Below are positions 57,272 through 64,000 of a stretch of 64,000 bases of DNA, piece after piece; the stretch's first letter is position 1; each line of letters starts with the position of its first letter. The stretch lies in NCBI GenBank assembly GCA_963770895.1, contig CAVYRF010000002.1:4672001-4736000 (forward strand). The letters run 5' to 3'. Both the position numbers and the translations under genes were made by a program. Below the pieces are notes generated by a model. It did no database searches. It was not told where the DNA came from and saw only the letters and a list, made by a program, of their open reading frames with translations. The stretch comes from an uncultured Acidobacteriota bacterium (GTDB taxonomy: Bacteria; Acidobacteriota; Thermoanaerobaculia; Multivoradales; UBA5704).

Positions 57272-60200
57272 TCGGCGACGACGACCAGCCCGGCGGCGAG
57301 GCCAGCGGCCGCGAGATCGCGGTCGTCGGCATGGCCGGCCGCTTTCCCGGCGCGCGCGACCTGCGCCAGCTGTGGCAAAACCTGCGGCTGGGGGTCGAGG
57401 CGGTCACCTTTTTTTCCGACGAGGAGCTGCTGGCGGCGGGCGTCGCCGGCGACCAGCTGCGCGACCCGCGGTACGTCAAGGCCGGCAGCCTGCTGGCCGG
57501 GGTGGAGGATTTCGACGCCGGGTTCTTCGGCTACAACGCGCGCGAGGCGGAGGTCATGGACCCGCAGCAGCGGCTGTTCCTGGAGCACGCCTGGGAGGCG
57601 CTCGAGGACGCCGGCTATGCGCCGGATGCGTGTCCGGGGGTGGTGGGGATCTACGCCGGCGTCGCCTGGAACACCTACCTGCTGAGCAACCTGACCACCC
57701 ATCCCGAGCTGTTCGACGGCGGCGGCGCCTTCCAGGTCTTCATCGCCAACGACAAGGATTTCATGCCGTCCAAGGTCAGCTACAAGCTGAACCTGAAGGG
57801 ACCCAGCGTGGTGGTGCAGACCAGCTGCTCCACGTCGCTGGTGGCGATCCACCTGGCCTGCCTGTCGCTGCTCAGCTACGAGTGCGACACCGCCCTGGCC
57901 GGCGGCGTGACCATCAAGGTGCCGCAGGTCGCCGGCTACCACGCGCTGGACGGCGGGTTGGCCTCGCCGGATGGCCACTGCCGCGCCTTCGACGCGCGCG
58001 CCGCGGGCACGCTTTTCGGCAGCGGCGCCGGCGTCGTGGTGCTCAAGCGCCTGGCCGACGCGCTGGCCGACGGCGATGCGATCCGGGCGGTGATCAAAGG
58101 TTCGGCGATCAACAACGACGGCTCCCTCAAGGTGAGCTACACGGCGCCCAGCGTCGAGGGCCAGGCCGAGGTCATCGCTGCCGCGCAGGCGGTGGCCGGC
58201 GTCGATCCCTCCACTGTCACCTACGTCGAAGCCCACGGCACCGGCACCGCCCTGGGCGACCCCATCGAGGTGGCGGCCCTGACCAAGGTCTTCCGCGAAG
58301 CCACCGATCGCACCGGCTTTTGCGCCCTCGGCTCGATCAAGACCAACCTGGGCCACCTGGACGCCGCCGCCGGCGTCGCCGGCTTCCTCAAGACCGTGCT
58401 GTCGCTGGAGCATCGCGAGCTGCCGCCCAGCCTCCACTTCGAAGTGGCCAACCCGGCGATCGATTTTGCCGCCAGCCCCTTCTTCGTCAACCGCGAAGCG
58501 CGTCCCTGGCAGACCGACGACGGCCAGATCCGCCGCGCCGGCGTCAGCTCCTTTGGCGTCGGCGGCACCAACGCCCACGTCATCCTGGAGGAAGCGCCGC
58601 CGCCGGCACCCGCCGCCGCGTCGCGCCCCTGGCAGCTGCTGACCCTGTCGGCGCGCAGCGCCGCGGCCTTGGAGCAGGCGACCGACAATCTGCTCGCCTG
58701 GCTGCGCACCGGCAATGCCGGCGGCGGAGGGGAAGCCGGTGCTGCTGGCGCCGGCGCCGGTGGGGACGACCCGGACCTGGCCGACGCGGCGTGGACGCTG
58801 CGGGTCGGTCGGTCGGTCTTCCGCCACCGGCGCACGGTGGTGTGCCGCGATCGTGCGGGCGCCATTGCCGCCCTGGCGGCGCGCGACGACGCGGCGGCGG
58901 CTGGGCGGCTGGCGACCGCCGCCGATGCCGGCGATCCGCGCGAGCGCCCGGTGGTGTTCCTGCTGCCCGGACTGGCGGCGCCGCCGTCCCGGCTGGCGGT
59001 GGAGCTCGGCAGGGAGCCTGTCTTTGCTGCGGCGGTCGCGCGGGCCGGCGAGCTGCTTGCCGGCCGGGCCGGCCGTGACGGCGAGGCGGTCTCCCTGTTC
59101 GTTTTCGAGCACGCCCTGGCGCAGCTGTGGATCAGCTGGGGCATCGCGCCGGAAGCCCTGCTGGGCCATGGCATCGGCGAATGGGTGGCGGCCTGCCTGG
59201 CCGGCGTGATCGCGCTGCCCGACGCCCTGGCCCTGCTGGCCTTGCGCGATGGAGCCAATGGCGCCGATGACGCCGATAGCGCGGGCTTCGCGGCGGCGGT
59301 GGCGAAGGTGCCGCTGCGCGCGCCGCAGATTCCCTTCGTGTCGAGCGTCACCGGCACCTGGATCACGCCGGCGCAGGCAATGGCGCCGGCCTATTGGGCG
59401 CAGCTGCCGTGGCGGCCTGCGGCGGAGACCGCCTTGGGCGCGGGCTCCGGCGACGGCATCGCCCCAGCCGCGGGCACCTCTCCTGCCCCGGCAACCGCCA
59501 CTGCCGGCGGTATCGCCGCCGGGCTTGCAGAGCTGCTGGGCGACCCACGGCGCATCCTGCTGGAAGTCGGCGCCGGCGCCGGCCTGTGCGCGCTGGCCGA
59601 GGCGCTGCCGCGGCCTGCGGAGCTGGCGATCGTGCCGTCGCTCCCCGCCGCCATCGCCCTGGCCGCCGGCGGTGACGCCCAGGGAGCTGTCCTGGCCGCG
59701 CTCGGGCGCCTGTGGCTCGCCGGACGGCGCATCGACTGGAGCGGCTTTCACGACGGCGAGAGCCGCCGCCGCCTGGCGCTGCCCACCTATCCCTTCGAGC
59801 GCCAGCGCTATTGGATCGAGCCGCGGCCGCGCGCCGGGGGGCGTGAGCTGGTTGATGAGATTGCCGGCTCGCTCCAGCGCCGCCCGGACGTCGCCGACTG
59901 GTTCTGGCTGCCGGCGTGGCGGCCGGCTCTACCGGCGCGCGCCGCCTTGTCGCCGGCCCTGCCGCCGGACGGCCAGGTTCCCGCATCGCCGGCAGCGCCG
60001 GCCGTTGTGCCGTCCACCACCGATCGCTGGCTCATCCTGGCGCCGGCCAGCGGTCCAGGGGCGGCGCTGGCCCGCCACCTGGCACAGTCCTGCGGCGCAG
60101 GGGCCACGGCCGGTGGTGCCGAGCTTGGCGGGGCCGCGGCCGCTGAGGCTGGGAGCGGTGCCGCGCCGTCGCCGCGGGACCGCAGGGTCGTCATCGTCGA

Positions 60201-61944
60201 GCCTCTCGCTGCGGGCGGTGGGTTGCAGCGTCGCGAGGCCGGCAGCTTCGCAATCGACCCCCTGGACGCAAAGGCTTGGGAGGCACTGGCCGCGGCGCTG
60301 GCGGCGGAGGATGCGCTAGCCGACGTGGTGCTGCACCTGTGGGGGCTCGATTCGGCGACTCCCCAGGCGGGCACCGCGGCCGCTTTCGAGGCGGCGCAGG
60401 GGCCGGGCTTGTACGCCTTGATCGAGCTGGTGCGCGCCCTGGACCGGCGCGGGTGCACGCCGCGCGAGCTGACCGTGGCGGCGAGCGGGCTGCTGGGGCT
60501 GCACGCCGGCGAGGCGGTACGGCCCGAGCTGGCGCCGCTCCTGGGGCTGCTCCGCGTGTTGCCGCAGGAGGTCGCCGGCCTGGCGTGCCGCGCGCTGGAC
60601 GTGGACCTTGGCGCGCCGCGCGACCCGGCGGCGCTCGCCCGGCTGGAGGACGACCTCGCCGCCGAGATCGCGGCCGGTCCGGGTGCCGGCGATCGGGTGG
60701 CCTGGCGTGCCGGCCAGCGCTGGCTGCCGGCGCCGGCGGCGGTGCGGCTGGAGGATCCCGGCGCGGATGCGGCCGGCGTGCCGCGGCCGCTGCGGCGGGG
60801 CGGCGCGTACCTACTGACGGGGGGCCTTTCCGGCGACGGCTTCGGCCTGGCGCGCTGGCTGGCGCAGGCGGCCGGCGCCCGGCTGGCGCTGCTCGAGGAC
60901 CCGCGGGCGGCGGCGTGGGACGCGGCGCGAGTGCGGCAGCTGGAAGAGCTGGGCGCGCAGGTGTCGGTGCTGCCGGTGGTGCCGGGCGACGAGGCGGCGA
61001 CGCGGGCGGCGATCGCCCTGGCAGAGGAGCGGTTCGGCCCGCTGCACGGGGTGATCCATGCCGCAGGCGCCCAGGCGCAGAACGCATTTCGCCTGGTGCG
61101 CGAGCTGGACCGCGAAGCCTGTGGCTGGCATTTGCAGCCCAAGGCGCACGCCGCCTACGCGCTCGACCGCGCGCTGGCCGGCCGCGACCTGGATTTTTGC
61201 ATCCTGCTGTCGTCGCTGGCCGCCGACCTGGGAGGTGTGGCCAACGCCGCCTATGCCGCGGCGAACGCCTTTCTTGACGCCTTTGCCCAGGATCGCGCCC
61301 GCGGCGGCGGCCTGCCGTGGCGCAGCCTCGGCTGGGACCTGTGGGCGCTCGCCGGGGAGGGTGAGCCGGGCGGTGTCACCGCCATGCGCAGCGACCTGGC
61401 GGACCTGGCGATGTCGGCCGGCGAGGGTGCGGAGGCGTTCCGCCGCGCCGCGGCGGCGCCCAACGCCGACCGGTTGCTGGTCTCGACGGCGGACCTGGCG
61501 GCGCGCCTGGCGCAGGCCGGCGGGCGGCGCGGCGCCCACGCCCCCCGGCAGGTGGATGCGGCGGAGCGCCACCCGCGGCCGCCGCTCGCCGTGCCCTTTG
61601 CGCCGCCCGAAGGCGATCTGGAACGGCGCATCGCCGAGGTCTGGCAGGCGGCGCTCGGCTTTGCGGAGGTGGGCGTCGACGACAACTTCTTCGAGCTGGG
61701 CGGCGACTCCCTGGTCGCCGTGCAGGTGGCCTCCCGGCTGCAAGACGTGCTGGGCATCCAGCTGCAGGTCGCGACGCTCTACCAGGGGCTGACCATCCGC
61801 GCCCTGGCCGGCCTGCTCGGCCGCGACGGCGACGGCGCGGCAGCCGAGCTGGCCGCGCACCTGGCCGAACGCCGCCAGAGCATGGACCGCCGACGCGAAA
61901 TGCTGCAGCGCCGCCGCGCACGCAGCGAAGCCCTGCAGGATTGA
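57268..61944 (+). CDS. Type I PKS module: KS-AT0-KR-ACP, no thioesterase
   Basis: TSCSTS/HGTGT/NLGH; degenerate AT with GHGIGE; GGLSGDG/YAAAN; LGGDSL; charged C-terminal docking-like helix; ATGA overlap with the upstream gene. Confidence 0.93.
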   Translation: MIGDDDQPGGEASGREIAVVGMAGRFPGARDLRQLWQNLRLGVEAVTFFSDEELLAAGVAGDQLRDPRYVKAGSLLAGVEDFDAGFFGYNAREAEVMDPQQRLFLEHAWEALEDAGYAPDACPGVVGIYAGVAWNTYLLSNLTTHPELFDGGGAFQVFIANDKDFMPSKVSYKLNLKGPSVVVQTSCSTSLVAIHLACLSLLSYECDTALAGGVTIKVPQVAGYHALDGGLASPDGHCRAFDARAAGTLFGSGAGVVVLKRLADALADGDAIRAVIKGSAINNDGSLKVSYTAPSVEGQAEVIAAAQAVAGVDPSTVTYVEAHGTGTALGDPIEVAALTKVFREATDRTGFCALGSIKTNLGHLDAAAGVAGFLKTVLSLEHRELPPSLHFEVANPAIDFAASPFFVNREARPWQTDDGQIRRAGVSSFGVGGTNAHVILEEAPPPAPAAASRPWQLLTLSARSAAALEQATDNLLAWLRTGNAGGGGEAGAAGAGAGGDDPDLADAAWTLRVGRSVFRHRRTVVCRDRAGAIAALAARDDAAAAGRLATAADAGDPRERPVVFLLPGLAAPPSRLAVELGREPVFAAAVARAGELLAGRAGRDGEAVSLFVFEHALAQLWISWGIAPEALLGHGIGEWVAACLAGVIALPDALALLALRDGANGADDADSAGFAAAVAKVPLRAPQIPFVSSVTGTWITPAQAMAPAYWAQLPWRPAAETALGAGSGDGIAPAAGTSPAPATATAGGIAAGLAELLGDPRRILLEVGAGAGLCALAEALPRPAELAIVPSLPAAIALAAGGDAQGAVLAALGRLWLAGRRIDWSGFHDGESRRRLALPTYPFERQRYWIEPRPRAGGRELVDEIAGSLQRRPDVADWFWLPAWRPALPARAALSPALPPDGQVPASPAAPAVVPSTTDRWLILAPASGPGAALARHLAQSCGAGATAGGAELGGAAAAEAGSGAAPSPRDRRVVIVEPLAAGGGLQRREAGSFAIDPLDAKAWEALAAALAAEDALADVVLHLWGLDSATPQAGTAAAFEAAQGPGLYALIELVRALDRRGCTPRELTVAASGLLGLHAGEAVRPELAPLLGLLRVLPQEVAGLACRALDVDLGAPRDPAALARLEDDLAAEIAAGPGAGDRVAWRAGQRWLPAPAAVRLEDPGADAAGVPRPLRRGGAYLLTGGLSGDGFGLARWLAQAAGARLALLEDPRAAAWDAARVRQLEELGAQVSVLPVVPGDEAATRAAIALAEERFGPLHGVIHAAGAQAQNAFRLVRELDREACGWHLQPKAHAAYALDRALAGRDLDFCILLSSLAADLGGVANAAYAAANAFLDAFAQDRARGGGLPWRSLGWDLWALAGEGEPGGVTAMRSDLADLAMSAGEGAEAFRRAAAAPNADRLLVSTADLAARLAQAGGRRGAHAPRQVDAAERHPRPPLAVPFAPPEGDLERRIAEVWQAALGFAEVGVDDNFFELGGDSLVAVQVASRLQDVLGIQLQVATLYQGLTIRALAGLLGRDGDGAAAELAAHLAERRQSMDRRREMLQRRRARSEALQD

Positions 61945-61979
61945 TCCCCGGCCGCGGCTGAACCAGGTCGCCCGCGCGC

Positions 61980-63629
61980 TCAGGTGCCGGCAGCGAGCGC
62001 GCGGTCGACGATCGCCTGAGCCTCTGCAAGGATGAGACGCAGGTGATCCTCCCCACCAAAGCTCTCCGCATACACCTTGTAGATGTCTTCCGTGCCTGAT
62101 GGCCGGGCGGCGAACCAGCCGGTGGCCGCGGTGACCTTCACGCCGCCGATCGGCGCGTGGTTGCCGGGAGCCTCACTGACGATGCTTTGGATTGTTTCGC
62201 CGGCCAGCGTGGAGCTGTGCACCTGCTGCGGCGAGAGCGCCGCCAGCCGCTGCTTCTGCTCCGGCGTGGCCGCAGCCTCGATGCGGTCGGCGCTGGGCTC
62301 GCCAAGCTGGCGCGTCAGGTCGCGGTAGATCTCGCCCGGATCGCGTCCGGCGCACGCGGTGATTTCCGCCGCGAGCAGCGCCGGCACGATGCCGTCCTTG
62401 TCCGTCGTCCAGACCCTGCCGTCGCGGCGCAGGAAGGAGGCGCCCGCACTCTCTTCGCCGCCAAAGGCGAGCGAGCCGTCGAAGAGGCCGTCCACGAACC
62501 ACTTGAAGCCGACCGGCACCTCGTACAGCTGGCGCCCGAGCTTCGTGGCCACGCGATCGATCATCGCGCTGGTCACCACCGTCTTGCCGACCGCGGCGGT
62601 CGCGGGCCACTGCGGCCGATGTGAAAACAGATGGTCGACGGCGACCGCGAGATAGTGATTGGGTGGCAGCAACCCGGCGCCGCGCGTGACGATGCCGTGC
62701 CGGTCGTGGTCGGTGTCGCAGGCGAAGGCGATGTCGAAGCGATCCTTCAGGCCGAGCAGCCGCTGCATGGCGTAGGGCGACGACGGGTCCATGCGAATGC
62801 GCCCGTCCCAATCCACCGTCATGAAGGCGAAGGCCGGATCGACGGTCGTGCTGACCACCGTGAGGTCCAGGCCGAAGCGCTCGGCGATCGCGGCCCAATA
62901 GTGGACTCCCGCCCCGCCCAGCGGATCGACGCCCAGGCGCAGGGACGCGCCGCGGATCGCCGCCATGTCGATCACGTTGCCAAGGTCGCTGACGTAGGTG
63001 TTGAGAAAGTCGTAACGGTGCGTCGTGGCGGCGCGCAGCGCCCGCTCGACCGGAATTCGCATCACCCCCGCGAGGCGGCGCTGCAGGAGCTGGTTGGCCT
63101 CCGCTCCAATCCAACTGGTGATCCCGGTGTCGGCCGGTCCTCCATGCGGCGGGTTGTACTTGATTCCACCATCCTCGGGTGGATTGTGCGAAGGCGTGAC
63201 GACGATGCCGTCGGCCAAGCCGGCGGTACGCCCGCGGTTGTAGGTAAGAATGGCGTGCGACACCGCGGGGGTCGGCGTGTATTCGTCGCCGTCGGCCAGC
63301 ATGACCTCCACGCCGTTGGCCGCCAGCACTTCGAGCGCACTGGCGCACGCCGGCACCGACAGCGCGTGCGTGTCGATACCGAGGAACAGCGGCCCGTCGG
63401 TGGCATGCTGCGCACGGTAGCGGCAGACGGCCTGGGTGATGGCGAGGATGTGCCATTCGTTGAAGCTCCGCAGCAGCGAGGAGCCGCGATGCCCCGACGT
63501 GCCAAAGGCAACCTGCTGCTCGAGGTTCGCTGGATCGGGCACCTCGGTGTAGTAGGCGCTGACCAGCCTGGGTACATTCGCCAGAATGGAGACGGGAGCC
63601 GGTTTGCCGGCGAGCGGACTGATCTTCAA
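61980..63629 (-). CDS. pgm: Phosphoglucomutase
   Basis: [38 protein letters not shown]. Confidence 0.96.
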   Translation of the reverse strand: MKISPLAGKPAPVSILANVPRLVSAYYTEVPDPANLEQQVAFGTSGHRGSSLLRSFNEWHILAITQAVCRYRAQHATDGPLFLGIDTHALSVPACASALEVLAANGVEVMLADGDEYTPTPAVSHAILTYNRGRTAGLADGIVVTPSHNPPEDGGIKYNPPHGGPADTGITSWIGAEANQLLQRRLAGVMRIPVERALRAATTHRYDFLNTYVSDLGNVIDMAAIRGASLRLGVDPLGGAGVHYWAAIAERFGLDLTVVSTTVDPAFAFMTVDWDGRIRMDPSSPYAMQRLLGLKDRFDIAFACDTDHDRHGIVTRGAGLLPPNHYLAVAVDHLFSHRPQWPATAAVGKTVVTSAMIDRVATKLGRQLYEVPVGFKWFVDGLFDGSLAFGGEESAGASFLRRDGRVWTTDKDGIVPALLAAEITACAGRDPGEIYRDLTRQLGEPSADRIEAAATPEQKQRLAALSPQQVHSSTLAGETIQSIVSEAPGNHAPIGGVKVTAATGWFAARPSGTEDIYKVYAESFGGEDHLRLILAEAQAIVDRALAAGT

Positions 63630-64000
63630 ACCGGCGCCTGGTCTTTTCTTTCACGCATGATCGCTTACCGGCCAGGCCGCCACAGGCGCTGCGTGCGGAG
63701 GATCGCCGCCGGCCAAGCAGGCTACAGCGTTTTGCACGATAGCTGCCAGGCCGCCTGAACCGCTCTCAGCCGGGGAGGTCGGTCAGGCTGAAGTTGTGGC
63801 CGAGGGGGCCGGCAAAGAAGCTCCATGGTCCAGCCGCTGCTGGTCAAGACCATGCCTCTGGCAGGACATTCTCTTCCGCACGTTGTGCGCCCGCGGCAGC
63901 GCGGGCGCCTGGCGCACCTATCGGCAGCACGCAAAGGTTTCCGCCCAGTATCGCGACCTGGCCATCGGCCGCACCCCGCCGCCGGCCGGCGTCAACATCG

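Noticed and set aside
47284-59751. Very long alternative-frame and antisense ORFs (e.g. 47510-53845 minus, 47284-51693 plus)
   Set aside because: Shadow ORFs caused by high GC and codon bias of the real NRPS-PKS genes; Arg/Ala/Gly-rich with no motifs. The same applies to most overlapping ORFs in the track
63630-64000. Small ORF 63722-63934 or an ncRNA upstream of pgm
   Set aside because: No coding signature or recognisable RNA motif

Overview
This is a very GC-rich bacterial window, most likely from Acidobacteriota (Thermoanaerobaculia-like), judged from an ADOP-type duplicated orphan permease and a lineage-typical secreted C-terminal domain. There are no rRNA, tRNA, CRISPR, integrase or transposase signals. 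Layout: (1) 1-7.4 kb holds housekeeping and catabolic genes. (2) 6.9-15.6 kb is a variable island. It has a duplicated FGE-gene tail, a thrice-repeated structured 88-bp element, a 5'-truncated Ig-rich surface protein with a low-GC Cys-rich tip and a partner gene, a 7-blade beta-propeller built from near-identical 132-bp repeats, and a toxin/antitoxin-like pair. (3) 15.7-26.9 kb encodes hydrolases, a feruloyl-CoA synthase and a MacAB-like exporter. (4) 26.9-37.3 kb is a minus-strand biosynthetic block: TetR, archaeal-type HMG-CoA synthase/thiolase/DUF35, then ACP, KS, CLF (polyene-type type II PKS), a flavin-dependent halogenase and a carotenoid-cleavage-type dioxygenase. (5) 37.4-47.4 kb holds mixed genes. 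(6) 47.5-61.9 kb is a hybrid NRPS-PKS assembly line with no loading enzyme and no release domain. (7) pgm ends the window. The best candidate for an undescribed system is the polyene type II PKS + halogenase + carotenoid oxygenase operon, possibly co-regulated with the archaeal HMGS complex and feeding the headless NRPS-PKS. All assignments come from motif recognition by eye; no searches were run.
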